From IMG/VR virus record IMGVR_UViG_3300032116_000009: a DNA stretch of 64,000 nucleotides; one strand, written 5' to 3'. The notes beneath the pieces were generated by a model. That model worked only from the letters and a program-made list of their open reading frames with translations, did not search any database and had not been told where the DNA came from. Made by a program: the position numbers and the translations under genes. Below are positions 21,674 through 31,986 of the stretch, piece by piece (the stretch's first letter is position 1; each line of letters opens with the position of its first letter). This stretch comes from a virus (lineage: Duplodnaviria > Caudoviricetes).

Positions 21674-23767
21674 TTAGAACTTAAATTTAAGTTTTGCAGA
21701 AACTGCTGTATTGGAAACACCATCATTGATTTGATGTATCCCTTCAATAACTACCATCTCTTTATAATCAACAGAAGCAGATACTTCAATCAATCCACTA
21801 GTCTCATAAGAACCACCAACAGTTACTCCAAATAAATCCTTTTTCTTTCCACCAAAACGGTGTGAAATATTTAGACCTACCTCACCAGAATGTGAAGTTT
21901 TGTTTATAGTATCAACAGTTCTTCTGGATTGAATAGAACCTTTCTCAGTAAATCCATCTCTCTGGTAGTTACCAACAGTGTATCCAACAAATGGTCTTAA
22001 ATTCTTATTAAGATGCCAGAATAGTCTGTTATTTACAAACCACTCTTTTCCTTGTGTTGAACTTTCATTGTTGAAGACACCCTGAACATTTCTGGATACG
22101 TTATATTTGTTCTGTGCAAATCCAGCATTTGTTAATAGTGAGAATGTATTGCCACGCAACATATTGAATATTCCATAATGATTTTTCAGGAGTTTAGAAG
22201 TACTATCAACACCACCTAAATCAATATTCATATTATTATATTGACCACCAATCGTCCAGGTTGGTTTAATATCAATCTCTAATCCACCACCAATAATTAA
22301 AGTCTTACCATCGTATCCATTCTCACCAGAAGACCAAGCATAATAGTTATTACTGAATACTCTTACTTTATCAGTGGTTGGTTTAGATGGTTCGTGGATA
22401 AGAAGATTTTGTAATCCACCACCAATCTTATCTAAAACTTCATACTGGTCAGTGCGTCCAGAAAGAACATCGTGAGTATTTTCAGTATCAACAGAAAGAA
22501 GTAATGAACTTACGACGGTTCCATCACTATAAGTATCTTGCTTCAATAATGGAGTCTGACTTGTAGTTGCAAAGTCTCTTCTAATCTTCTGAACTCCATC
22601 CTTCTCAGATGCCTTATGTGTTACTTCTGTGGTAACAACAACTGGAAGTCCTGGTGCAGGAACAGTCACAGAGTTTAATAATGTTGGTGGTTCTGGTTCT
22701 GCTGTAGGTTCAGGAGTTGGCTCTGGTGTTGGTTCAGGAGTGGGTTCAGGAGTTGGCTCTGGTGTGGGTTCAGGAGTTGGCTCTGGTGTTGGTTCAGGAG
22801 TTGGCTCTGGTGTGGGTTCAGGAGTTGGTTCTGGTTCTGGTGTGGGTTCAGGAGTTGGAGTTGGTGCTACCTCATCAACAGATGGTGCATCTGGATTGTT
22901 TGGAGCAACAGGAGTGAATGCCTCACCATTTGCTGTTGTAGTTCCAGGTTGACTATCAACTAAAAGAACTGGTGATAATGCTGTATCTCCAAGGTTGAAT
23001 ACTGCAAATCCCAAGAGATAATCACCATCAGCGCCTACTTGATAAGTTGAATACTGCCATCCAGTAGAACCAAAAGAACCTGTTGAATAATCACCTGTTC
23101 CTGGATTGGTAAATCCAAGTAATGCATAGTTTTGAAGTTGGTTATTAACTGTTACTGATGGGGAAGTTCCAGATCCCTGATAAACAAGTGAAGTGATAGA
23201 ACCATCATTGAAAGGAACATAATCAGTTCCAATATAGTTCCAAGACATCGTATAAACTTTTCCAGTCTCCAAAGTGACTGATTTTGTAATCCAAGAAGCA
23301 TCGGTTGGGTTTGGATTTCCAAGTCCTGATGCTTGTTGTTGTTGAGTGAGAAGATCTCTTATTGCTTGATTTTGCTCTGGAGTTAAACCAAGTGCTTCTG
23401 TTGCTTGGTTAAATGTTTGTTGACCGTTTGGTTGTAGTGCGGCACCAGCAGTTCCATAAGGAGCAAACTCCCAAGTGGTTGGTGTTACTGCGGGTGCGTG
23501 ATATGGATTAGGAGAACCGTCTTGTAGTGTTGGGCTTCCTACTGCGGGGAAAGATCCAGCATTAAAAATAACTGGATTATCGACAACACTCACACCAGTT
23601 CCATTTCCACCGATTGTGGCATCTAGTGTTCCAGTTTGAGTTCCAGTATTCCATCCTGAAGTATCTCCAGTCTCGAAATCTGTACCAGAAATTGTATCTG
23701 CGAATGCTGTTGGTGCCCCCATTAAAAGAGCAGACGCTACAGCAAGCGCCCTTGTAGCGTAAGACAT
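21674..23767 (-). CDS. Autotransporter-like outer-membrane protein (passenger, PEPT linker, beta-barrel)
   Basis: Signal peptide ending AFA, (PEPT)n linker, aromatic-alternating C-terminal domain ending KLKFKF. Confidence 0.75.
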   Translation of the reverse strand: MSYATRALAVASALLMGAPTAFADTISGTDFETGDTSGWNTGTQTGTLDATIGGNGTGVSVVDNPVIFNAGSFPAVGSPTLQDGSPNPYHAPAVTPTTWEFAPYGTAGAALQPNGQQTFNQATEALGLTPEQNQAIRDLLTQQQQASGLGNPNPTDASWITKSVTLETGKVYTMSWNYIGTDYVPFNDGSITSLVYQGSGTSPSVTVNNQLQNYALLGFTNPGTGDYSTGSFGSTGWQYSTYQVGADGDYLLGFAVFNLGDTALSPVLLVDSQPGTTTANGEAFTPVAPNNPDAPSVDEVAPTPTPEPTPEPEPTPEPTPEPTPEPTPEPTPEPTPEPTPEPTPEPTPEPTPEPTAEPEPPTLLNSVTVPAPGLPVVVTTEVTHKASEKDGVQKIRRDFATTSQTPLLKQDTYSDGTVVSSLLLSVDTENTHDVLSGRTDQYEVLDKIGGGLQNLLIHEPSKPTTDKVRVFSNNYYAWSSGENGYDGKTLIIGGGLEIDIKPTWTIGGQYNNMNIDLGGVDSTSKLLKNHYGIFNMLRGNTFSLLTNAGFAQNKYNVSRNVQGVFNNESSTQGKEWFVNNRLFWHLNKNLRPFVGYTVGNYQRDGFTEKGSIQSRRTVDTINKTSHSGEVGLNISHRFGGKKKDLFGVTVGGSYETSGLIEVSASVDYKEMVVIEGIHQINDGVSNTAVSAKLKFKF
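22690..22865 (-). repeat. 12-nt tandem repeats encoding (PEPT)n
   Basis: ggttcaggagtt/ggctctggtgtt units. Confidence 0.9.
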
Positions 23768-23769
23768 AA

Positions 23770-23856
23770 GAATCCTCTGTGAGTTCAGTGTGTACTAAAC
23801 AAAACAAACCGAAGTTATGTTTAAAAGTAAAGTATTCACCGAATCACAGAGGACTC
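23770..23856 (-). promoter_or_regulatory. Long leader hairpin occluding the Shine-Dalgarno sequence
   Basis: 13-bp stem GAGTCCTCTGTGA/TCACAGAGGATTC containing GAGGA, further stems and a C(UUCG)G cap. Confidence 0.65.
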
Positions 23857-23911
23857 GGACTATGTAGATTCAGACCATTTAAGATCAAGAATCAGTTATG
23901 ATTGTAACTAT

Positions 23912-24583
23912 TTATCCCTTCTTCCAGGCTTCACCCTCTGCCTTTCTTCTACGTGCAAGACCTGCTTCCACATTTGAACCAGGATTGCGGTAGAGATAAA
24001 GAGCGTCAGGAACTAAATCCCACTCTTTATTTTTCAGGCGTTTAGTAATAGTATTAAAGTTATCACCACCGTAAAAACCGGCACCAAGATTATAAGCAAA
24101 GCTGAGCAGAGCGCCTCTTTTTCCATCAGACATTTCACTCCAATGAGGGATTTTACGCAAGGCAGGAAGGAATTCTTTCTTACATTGTTCGATAAGAAGT
24201 TCATCTGCTTCTTGCTGAGTTAAAGTATCACCAAGTTTAAATGACGAACCATCTTTCTTACGGGTTGATCCCCAACCAATTGTGATTGGAAGTCCACCTG
24301 TGAGAGGATCGGGATATGCCTTTAAGTGACATCCTTCAAACTCTTTGATTAATTTAAGACCCATCATCGGTAGATCATCTCCACCAGTTACTGGAGCTGC
24401 AGCAGCGGGAGTAGATGCTGGTGCAGCACTAGTCTTTTTTCCACGATAAATCTCAGCCCACTCTACGTTATCGCCAAGATACTCAACAGGAAGATTATCT
24501 TCCAACCACTGAACAGCTTTGACATGATTAGGATTTCTTTCATCATAGAATTGAAAGAAGTTATGTAAATCTACTCTTGCCAT
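23912..24583 (-). CDS. GH24 phage lysozyme (endolysin)
   Basis: LIKEFEG...AYPD...TIGWGST; FAYNLG; GLARRRKAE. Confidence 0.93.
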   Translation of the reverse strand: MARVDLHNFFQFYDERNPNHVKAVQWLEDNLPVEYLGDNVEWAEIYRGKKTSAAPASTPAAAAPVTGGDDLPMMGLKLIKEFEGCHLKAYPDPLTGGLPITIGWGSTRKKDGSSFKLGDTLTQQEADELLIEQCKKEFLPALRKIPHWSEMSDGKRGALLSFAYNLGAGFYGGDNFNTITKRLKNKEWDLVPDALYLYRNPGSNVEAGLARRRKAEGEAWKKG

Positions 24584-24601
24584 GATTGTTCTCCTTTTGT
24601 A

Positions 24602-25273
24602 TCAGTCAAAAATACGACCCCAACCATCGTTGCCACCTGGGCACCAACGATGCTTAAGAACTGCTTTGGTGTAAATGGTCTTCTTACCATTTGTAACTGG
24701 ACCAGTATAATTATCGTTCAATGAACCATAAGGATCATTGACATAGTATCCTTTACCATCTGGAGTCTTACCAATTACAACACACATGTGCCCACCAGTA
24801 GGTGCAGAAAGAGAACCCCTGTGAAGGATACCAATAACGACAGGCTTCCCAGCATCGAGACTTTTATCAATATCAGCGAAAGAAAGATTGTAACTAAAGT
24901 GTGACTTAACTCCATAACCTGCAAGTACCTTTGTCTGTACCGCATGGTCAGTAGTGTCACCAATCGCAAATACTTTCTTAACGTATTCGTCGTCGCCTTT
25001 GATGCTTCCTGGCTTGAGGAAAGCAAGACACATAGCACATGACGAACTGTTGCAAGTTCTATGTGCATCTCTGTAGTTATCTACTTGGTTAAAGTATGGA
25101 ACATTGAGAACTGCTGGAGTTGGTGGTTTAGTTCTAAAAATACCAATCCAATCAGTCTCTGCATCGTCTAGGAATTTTTCTGGAAGTTTATCTTCCAACC
25201 ACTGAACCGCAGCAACGTGATTTGGGTTCTTCTCATCATAAAACTTAAAAAAGTTATGAAGATCTAGGGTCAT
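24602..25273 (-). CDS. C39-like cysteine peptidase
   Basis: LNVPYFNQ...CNSSSCAM...GHMCVVIG...VNDPYG. Confidence 0.88.
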   Translation of the reverse strand: MTLDLHNFFKFYDEKNPNHVAAVQWLEDKLPEKFLDDAETDWIGIFRTKPPTPAVLNVPYFNQVDNYRDAHRTCNSSSCAMCLAFLKPGSIKGDDEYVKKVFAIGDTTDHAVQTKVLAGYGVKSHFSYNLSFADIDKSLDAGKPVVIGILHRGSLSAPTGGHMCVVIGKTPDGKGYYVNDPYGSLNDNYTGPVTNGKKTIYTKAVLKHRWCPGGNDGWGRIFD

Positions 25274-25311
25274 AGTACTATTTTTTCGACACCTTGTTAT
25301 TTAGGATTTTA

Positions 25312-25875
25312 TTACCTGTTTCCCCACTGAATGTCAGGATATGCATCCGAAACATTTTGTTTAGTAATATTATACTTAGTTTGTAGTTTCTTATCTTTTA
25401 CTAACATGAGAATCTCAGCCTCAAGAGGATGGAGACCTTCAAGGATACTGATAAACATTGTTTCCCTCTTCATGCTAGAGAGACGATCATTACCACCCTT
25501 TACAAAATTATAAAAGTAAGTGTATTCTTTACGGATAGAAGTTCTTCCTTGATCCTGAGATCCAATAGAATTGGATTCCAAATCACTCATCATTTCTACA
25601 GCCCTACTAATGTTATCGCTTAGATTACCAGAACGTACATTTTGTTGTCCTACACTTGCATAAGGAACTAATCCTTCTGGAAGCATAGAAATTATACTTT
25701 CATCAAAGTTCCAGATAAGGATAGTTTTTAATGATGGATCTGCATACTTTTGAAGAACCTCAACTTTTTTTGCATTCGATTTTTGTTTTGATGCAAGTGC
25801 AAGAACTTCAAAAGAAAAAGGATTAGAGGGTAGTTCTTCAGACACTACCCTCGGAATTTTAGTTTGAGTAGTCAT
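25312..25875 (-). CDS. Conserved T4-like hypothetical protein (DUF6433-like)
   Basis: KRETMFISILEGLHPLEAEILMLVKDK motif. Confidence 0.65.
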   Translation of the reverse strand: MTTQTKIPRVVSEELPSNPFSFEVLALASKQKSNAKKVEVLQKYADPSLKTILIWNFDESIISMLPEGLVPYASVGQQNVRSGNLSDNISRAVEMMSDLESNSIGSQDQGRTSIRKEYTYFYNFVKGGNDRLSSMKRETMFISILEGLHPLEAEILMLVKDKKLQTKYNITKQNVSDAYPDIQWGNR

Positions 25876-25912
25876 AAAACTTAGTTCAATTCAGTTGTTA
25901 TTAATATTTAGA

Positions 25913-27058
25913 TCACAGTTTAAAACCAGCAAAAGCGTCTTTCTTCAAATCTTGTTTAATACCACCAACAACATAAGATTCAACTTCCGTTTCTTGAGGT
26001 GCAACTTGAAGACCCTTAGAAGAAATCCAATGCTCAGTCCAAGGAAGAGGATTGTTCTTTGCGGGAATATCATAAAGTGTTTTCAAACCAATCGCCTTCA
26101 TACGACGATTTGCAATCCACTCAACATAGTTATTCAAAAGTTTGTCATTAAGACCAATCATTGAACCATCTTTGAACAAATACTTTGCCCAGGCCTTTTC
26201 TTCATTAACACAATTTTCAAATGCAGAAGTTACCCAAGGTTCTTCTTCTTTAGCAATTTGTTGCATTTCAGGATCATCTCCTTCACGCCACTTATTGAGG
26301 ATGTTTTGAGTAATGACAAGGTGCTGATTTTCGTCTCTTGCGATGAGAGAGATAATTTTAGCGGATCCTTCCATAAGTTTGAGTTCACCAAACGCAAAGC
26401 TGCAAGCGAACGAGACGTAAAACCTGATACCTTCGAGAATATTGACATTTGCGACAGCACGGTAAAGTTTTCTTTTAAGTTCAATACGTTCTTCTCTTGC
26501 ATATCCAGCACCCTCTTGTGCAAATTTCCATGCAGAGGAAGTACCGTATTCTTGTGCGGAATTGATAAAGTCATCATAAGCACCCGTGACATTTGTTGCA
26601 CGACTCATAATTTTTTCATCATCTAGAATTGTATCAAAAACTTCTGCAGGATCTGAATACACATTCTTAATAATGTATGTATATGAACGACTATGAATCA
26701 TTTCCATAAATCCCCACACTTCCATACAAGCCTCTAGTTCAGGAAGAGAACAGTATGGAATAAATGCCATACCAGGACCACGGCCTTGAACGGAATCAAG
26801 CATGATCTGATACTTCAAGTTGGAAGTGAAAATATGTTTTTGTTCTGGACGAAGTTGTGCATAATCTGCACGATCCTTTTGGAGGGAGACCTCCTCAGGT
26901 CTCCAGAAATACCCCAATTGTTGTTGAGTAAGTTTATCAAAAACTGGATACTTATAATGATCGTATCGTTGCAAACCTAGTGGTTGACCGAAGAACATTG
27001 GTTGTTTACGAGTATCTACATCAGTACTCGTATTAAAAACTGTCATTCCTTGTACCAT
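25913..27058 (-). CDS. nrdB: Ribonucleotide reductase class Ia beta subunit
   Basis: FWRPEE, EMIHSRSY, LEGIRFYVSF, RDENQH, APQETE. Confidence 0.97.
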   Translation of the reverse strand: MVQGMTVFNTSTDVDTRKQPMFFGQPLGLQRYDHYKYPVFDKLTQQQLGYFWRPEEVSLQKDRADYAQLRPEQKHIFTSNLKYQIMLDSVQGRGPGMAFIPYCSLPELEACMEVWGFMEMIHSRSYTYIIKNVYSDPAEVFDTILDDEKIMSRATNVTGAYDDFINSAQEYGTSSAWKFAQEGAGYAREERIELKRKLYRAVANVNILEGIRFYVSFACSFAFGELKLMEGSAKIISLIARDENQHLVITQNILNKWREGDDPEMQQIAKEEEPWVTSAFENCVNEEKAWAKYLFKDGSMIGLNDKLLNNYVEWIANRRMKAIGLKTLYDIPAKNNPLPWTEHWISSKGLQVAPQETEVESYVVGGIKQDLKKDAFAGFKL

Positions 27059-27077
27059 TTGAATCTCCTTGTCTTAA

Positions 27078-29387
27078 TTAAATTTTGCAACTTTCACAAT
27101 CTTCTTCGCTAGAAGACATAATTTCATCTAGTAGTTTATCCAACTGTTGTCTGGTAGTGTCCTCTTTTACTTCATCAGTTTTATGATCATATGTATTTTG
27201 ATAGTATGAAGTCTTCCATCCATACTTATATGTTCTCAATAGATCACTAGCCATTACTGATGTTGGAACTTCGTTGTCTGGATAGTTTTCTGGGTTGTAG
27301 GACCAGTTTCCACTGATGGCTTGGTCAAAAAACTTTTGCATGACGGCAACGATGTTAATATAACCAGTGTTATCAGACATGTCCCATAGAAGAGTATAAT
27401 TGTTTTTGAGTGATCCATATTGGGGAACAATTTGTTTGAGAGGACCTTTCTTTGATTTTTTAATAGACAAATATCCTCTTGGTGGTTCAATTCCATTTGT
27501 TGCGTTTGACACAACGGAACTGCTCTCCGATGGCATCTGTGCGGACAGTGTTGAGTGTCGTAGTCCAAATGTTTGAATCTCGGAACGTAGAGTTTCCCAA
27601 TCATGTTGGTAAGGAATAGAAGAAATTTCGTCTACGTCCCTCTTATAGGTATCAATGGGAAGTAAACCATCATGATATTTTGTACGGTTAAAATCTGTAC
27701 AAGCACCTTTTTCTTTTGCAATTTGATTAGATGACTTCAAGAGATAATATTGGAAAGACTCCGTAAGTTCATGAATCAAATCCCAAGCCTCTTGGGAATC
27801 ATACTTAAATCCATGACGTGCAAGATAATGTGCAAGTCCGATATAACCAACACCAAGAGATCTACGAGCCTTAGTTGCAAGTTCTGCAGCACGGACAGGA
27901 TACTCTTGATAATCAATTAGTTCCTCAAGACCACGAACAGAAAGATCACAAAGTTCTTCCATTTCATCAACATGTTTGATCTTGCCGATATTAATGGCAG
28001 AAAGAATACATAGAGCAATTTCACCATCAACATCGTCGATATGTTGGATTGGATCTGTAGGAAGAGTAATTTCCTGACACAGGTTACTCATCCATACTTT
28101 ATCAATAAATGAACTATGAGAATTACAATGATCGATATTCATAATGTAAATACGACCAGTCTCTGCACGTTCTTTGAGAATATCTAGAATAAGTTCCTGA
28201 GCTCGGACAGTTTTTCTTGGAATAGACTGATCTCGTTCTGCAGCCACATAGAGATCATCAAACTCAGGAAGCCCGAAAGCATCAGAAACTGACGGAACAT
28301 CGTGAGGTGAGAAGAGGGACATTTCCTCATCATTAATGAATCTTTCATAAAAGAGTTTGGAGAATTGAATCGAATAGTCTAGTTTACGTACACGATTATC
28401 TTCAGTACCTTTATTATTTTTCAGTACGATAATATCTTCTATTTCTTTGTGCCAGATTGGGAAGTGGACAGTTGCTGATCCACCTCTGATGCCATTTTGA
28501 GTGCAGCATCGGACAGTTGCTTCAAACTTTTTGAGGAAAGGGACAACACCTGTGTGCTGAACTTCTCCACCTCTGATTTTACTGTTGATACCACGGATTC
28601 TACCTGCGTTGATGCCGATTCCCGCCCTTTGTGCAACGTATCGACCAATAGCCATATCAGAGCTAAAGATAGAATCGAGGGTGTCATCAACATCAACAAG
28701 AACACAACTAGCAAATTGTCTAAGTGGAGTTCGCACTCCCGCCATGATGGGAGTGGGGATGTTGATTTTGTGTTTGGAGATTGCATTGTAGTATCTACGG
28801 ACGTAATCCAGTCTAGTTTCTTTTGAATATTCTGCAAAAATTGTCGCAGAAATCAACATATACATGTATTGTGGAGTTTCGTAAAGATTAGAGGAACTCC
28901 TGTCTTGTACCAAATACTTATCTACAACTTGACGAAGGCCGGCATAAGTAAACAAAAAATCTCGATCATGGTCAATCCACGAGTTGATTTTATCCCACTC
29001 CTCCGTAGAATACTTTGCAGGGAGATGTTTATCATAAATTCCACTGCAAGCACCATGCATCAAGTGATCGTAGATGTGAGGAAATCCCTGATTCCATGAA
29101 GGACCGAATACCTGTTTGTAAAGTCCAAACAGAAGAAGTCTGGCCGCAACAAATTGGTAATTAGGGGTCTCAAGATCAATAAGATCGGATGCAGAACGAA
29201 TCAAAATCTCTTGAATCTCTGCAGTGGTAATACCGTCATAGAACTGAATACCGGATTGCATTTCAACTTGAGATGCAGAAACTCCTGCAAGGCCTTCACA
29301 GGCACTCTCTACCATTTTATGAATCTTGTCCAGGTTCAGATGTTCAGTATTTCCGTTTCTTTTTACAACTTTAGTCCCGTTACTCAT
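27078..29387 (-). CDS. nrdA: Ribonucleotide reductase class Ia alpha subunit
   Basis: ATP cone, PTPIMAG, SCVL, SNLCQEI, QMPSESSS, KTSYY, C-terminal CxxC. Confidence 0.97.
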   Translation of the reverse strand: MSNGTKVVKRNGNTEHLNLDKIHKMVESACEGLAGVSASQVEMQSGIQFYDGITTAEIQEILIRSASDLIDLETPNYQFVAARLLLFGLYKQVFGPSWNQGFPHIYDHLMHGACSGIYDKHLPAKYSTEEWDKINSWIDHDRDFLFTYAGLRQVVDKYLVQDRSSSNLYETPQYMYMLISATIFAEYSKETRLDYVRRYYNAISKHKINIPTPIMAGVRTPLRQFASCVLVDVDDTLDSIFSSDMAIGRYVAQRAGIGINAGRIRGINSKIRGGEVQHTGVVPFLKKFEATVRCCTQNGIRGGSATVHFPIWHKEIEDIIVLKNNKGTEDNRVRKLDYSIQFSKLFYERFINDEEMSLFSPHDVPSVSDAFGLPEFDDLYVAAERDQSIPRKTVRAQELILDILKERAETGRIYIMNIDHCNSHSSFIDKVWMSNLCQEITLPTDPIQHIDDVDGEIALCILSAINIGKIKHVDEMEELCDLSVRGLEELIDYQEYPVRAAELATKARRSLGVGYIGLAHYLARHGFKYDSQEAWDLIHELTESFQYYLLKSSNQIAKEKGACTDFNRTKYHDGLLPIDTYKRDVDEISSIPYQHDWETLRSEIQTFGLRHSTLSAQMPSESSSVVSNATNGIEPPRGYLSIKKSKKGPLKQIVPQYGSLKNNYTLLWDMSDNTGYINIVAVMQKFFDQAISGNWSYNPENYPDNEVPTSVMASDLLRTYKYGWKTSYYQNTYDHKTDEVKEDTTRQQLDKLLDEIMSSSEEDCESCKI

Positions 29388-30388
29388 GTTTTCTTCCAAC
29401 TAGTAAGTTTTGTTTTAGCTTGTAATCCACTATAGACATTGGATTCTATCACAGATTGAACGTTAAGTCCAGATAAAATCATGTCATTGATATCTTTTTG
29501 TTGTATTGTATCAGGCCAAATAACTATTGGAAATTTCCAATCTATCGCCTTCTCCATTCTATCAACAATTTGTTTGTTTCGTTTTTCATTATCATAAACC
29601 ATGACAAAATTAGTTTCAAAGTTTGTAATGAAAAAAGTCTTGTCTATATCTGCACCGACCATTGCGATAGAGTTATCGATAAACATACTATCAAAAGGTC
29701 CTTCTACAATATAAACTGTTTTATTCCAGTCAACCTTATCCAAACCGTAGATCTTGGGGTGGTGGTCATCCAAAATAATTGTAATGTATTTTAATTTTGA
29801 TTTTGGATTGAGCGATCTCCCCTGAAACCCGAATATCTTTCCATTATTCTTTAAGGGAATTATGATCCTTGGTTCATCATTATCTAAATTATCAAAAGTA
29901 TATTTTTGAGAATTAGTCCATTCCTTGAACTTTTCGGCGAAATAAAGTTCGCCCAGATACTTACTCGGGATTCTTCGGTTGTCTAAAAATTGTCTTGCGG
30001 GGTGTGTTGTATTTAGTTCTGAAATTTTTGACAGATCAAAATCCTTTTGAACGAAAACTGGTTTTTCGAATTTGAAATCAACTGGTTCTGGGGTATTCGA
30101 TCCTCTACCCGTGGCACCAGCCTTGTACCTCTCAAAGACGTATTGATCATGCAATGCGGGGTCAACATCCTTCAAGAAGTTTGTGAAGGTTCTGGAGACG
30201 CCACAGTTGTGACATTTGAAATTATGATCATTCTTCAGTTGATACAAATATCCCCTAGCTTTATTCTTATGTCTCTGCGAGTCACCGCAATAGGGGCATC
30301 GAAAGTTATATAAACCTACCTTTTTCTTTGCAAATTTTTGAAGTTTAACCGAAACTAATCCAATGTATTTGCTGTCAATAAGACTCAT
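29384..30388 (-). CDS. DNA primase (gp61)
   Basis: FRCPYCGDS...FKCHNC zinc finger, TOPRIM VEGPFDS, KDINDM. Confidence 0.95.
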   Translation of the reverse strand: MSLIDSKYIGLVSVKLQKFAKKKVGLYNFRCPYCGDSQRHKNKARGYLYQLKNDHNFKCHNCGVSRTFTNFLKDVDPALHDQYVFERYKAGATGRGSNTPEPVDFKFEKPVFVQKDFDLSKISELNTTHPARQFLDNRRIPSKYLGELYFAEKFKEWTNSQKYTFDNLDNDEPRIIIPLKNNGKIFGFQGRSLNPKSKLKYITIILDDHHPKIYGLDKVDWNKTVYIVEGPFDSMFIDNSIAMVGADIDKTFFITNFETNFVMVYDNEKRNKQIVDRMEKAIDWKFPIVIWPDTIQQKDINDMILSGLNVQSVIESNVYSGLQAKTKLTSWKKT

Positions 30389-30813
30389 TTTTTAGTATTT
30401 TGGATCTGTGTTGATCCATTATACCCCTGTGAAGCCTTGCTTGTCAAGGAAGTTACTGTAGGAATTATTCCGATTAAGAAGACGGCAAAAGCAACCACTG
30501 CACTAATTTGCCATCTAAATCTAGATAACTCTTCCAATTTAACATTTATCTTATCAAACTTATCTGCAATTTGTTGATGTTCTTTATCGTTATCTTCCTT
30601 CATCTCATCAATCATCTTTACGATAAGATCATCATTCTTCATACTTTGTTCAATTCTCTCATCGTGTTTTGCAAGAATCGTAGCGATACGAGAATTACCT
30701 TCGGATATTTTATCAACCGCTGATTCTAACTTTGCAAGCATTTCGCGGGATAGGTCTTCATAAATACCGAGTTTAGATTCAAGAACCGCCAGCTTTGATT
30801 CTTGGGAAAACAT
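30385..30813 (-). CDS. Coiled-coil protein with C-terminal TM helix
   Basis: Heptad-rich sequence then ISAVVAFAVFLIGII. Confidence 0.7.
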   Translation of the reverse strand: MFSQESKLAVLESKLGIYEDLSREMLAKLESAVDKISEGNSRIATILAKHDERIEQSMKNDDLIVKMIDEMKEDNDKEHQQIADKFDKINVKLEELSRFRWQISAVVAFAVFLIGIIPTVTSLTSKASQGYNGSTQIQNTKK

Positions 30814-30814
30814 T

Positions 30815-31063
30815 TTACTTTCTCTTTTTCTTAAAAGATCTTAAAAGTTTACTATATGATGGTGGTAATCTTCTCATAATTTTAGATCTACCATCAGGAA
30901 TACCTATGATTGGGTCAAATCCAGCAACCGGTCCTTTTGGATCTGCGGAACCCGTAAACCCTCCAGTACCAACAACCATACCTTCTTCCATAAGATTTTT
31001 GATAATCTTAATTGAATTTTGTAGAATGTGGTCTTTCATATTCGATTTAACTCTCTTAGACAA
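30815..31063 (-). CDS. Hypothetical protein
   Basis: GGFTGSADPKGPVAGFDP motif; in an operon. Confidence 0.6.
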   Translation of the reverse strand: MSKRVKSNMKDHILQNSIKIIKNLMEEGMVVGTGGFTGSADPKGPVAGFDPIIGIPDGRSKIMRRLPPSYSKLLRSFKKKRK

Positions 31064-31407
31064 TCTTCATCTGAAGGTACTTGATGTAATGCTGATACTG
31101 GATATTCAGGAAGTCTTCCGAGATATACTACAAAACTTTTAACAACAGGCCACAAATCTCGATCTATTTTAAAAAATAATAACGGAGTAGTAGCTTCCCC
31201 AAAAACATTATAAAGAATAATAAAGTGATTTATAAGTAGATGAGACTTCAAAATACCAGTACTTTTATACCTTTTTAGAAGTCTCTTTATCCACTTAAAT
31301 CTTTTTAAGTCTTCATAAAAATCATCTTGCGTTACCGCATGAGGATTTTCATAATGTTTTATTGCAAACATTATATAATTATCTTCGTTCAACTCATCAA
31401 ATCTCAT
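31036..31407 (-). CDS. Conserved cyanophage hypothetical protein
   Basis: FAIKHYENP...EDLKRFKWIKRLL...LLINH. Confidence 0.75.
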   Translation of the reverse strand: MRFDELNEDNYIMFAIKHYENPHAVTQDDFYEDLKRFKWIKRLLKRYKSTGILKSHLLINHFIILYNVFGEATTPLLFFKIDRDLWPVVKSFVVYLGRLPEYPVSALHQVPSDEDCLRELNRI

Positions 31408-31422
31408 AATCTATTACAACTA

Positions 31423-31986
31423 TCAAGTGGTTGTAACGCCAACAGTGGTTGTGATTCCACTACCACCAGCACCAGTTACTTCGGTGGAAACAAAGATCTT
31501 ATCGGAAGCGACTGAAGTTGAAGTATCAGTGATAACACCAACGATTGTTTGACCAGGAATTACAAGAGTTTCTGCAACGGCACCTGTCGTAAATGCAAAT
31601 CCAACGGTCTTGTTTGCAGTAGCTGTAGTAGCGTAAGCAACTAAAGTACCAGAAACTGAACCAGTTACGTTAAGGGTAGCAGCTAGATTCTTAACATCTA
31701 CTTTCTCGTTGTACTGAACATAAACGGTTCCAGTAGAAGATGTTGAATATCCAGTTGCACCAAAGTATACGCGAACGATAGTTGCGTTACCAAGACCAGC
31801 AGTTGTACTACCAGCACCAGCTAGTCCACCGATTGCACAAAGCACCTCTTCATTACCATCTGCGTGTCTGATAACCCAACCTCTTTCATCAGCAAAACAC
31901 TCATTGAGATCATTAGCTGGTTTATCGCCTGCGCGTAACCACTTAGGTCTTGATTCGTCTGAAGTAGAATTTCCCCAAAGAGGCAT
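31423..31986 (-). CDS. Putative virion structural protein
   Basis: MPLWG N-terminus, T/G/V-rich; TATAAATA late promoter at about 32022..32029. Confidence 0.7.
   Translation of the reverse strand: MPLWGNSTSDESRPKWLRAGDKPANDLNECFADERGWVIRHADGNEEVLCAIGGLAGAGSTTAGLGNATIVRVYFGATGYSTSSTGTVYVQYNEKVDVKNLAATLNVTGSVSGTLVAYATTATANKTVGFAFTTGAVAETLVIPGQTIVGVITDTSTSVASDKIFVSTEVTGAGGSGITTTVGVTTT

Noticed and set aside
22629-22952. (GVGS)n ORF, and the FWC-repeat ORF at 12053..12409
   Set aside because: Antisense shadows of the PEPT and KPAA repeat regions.
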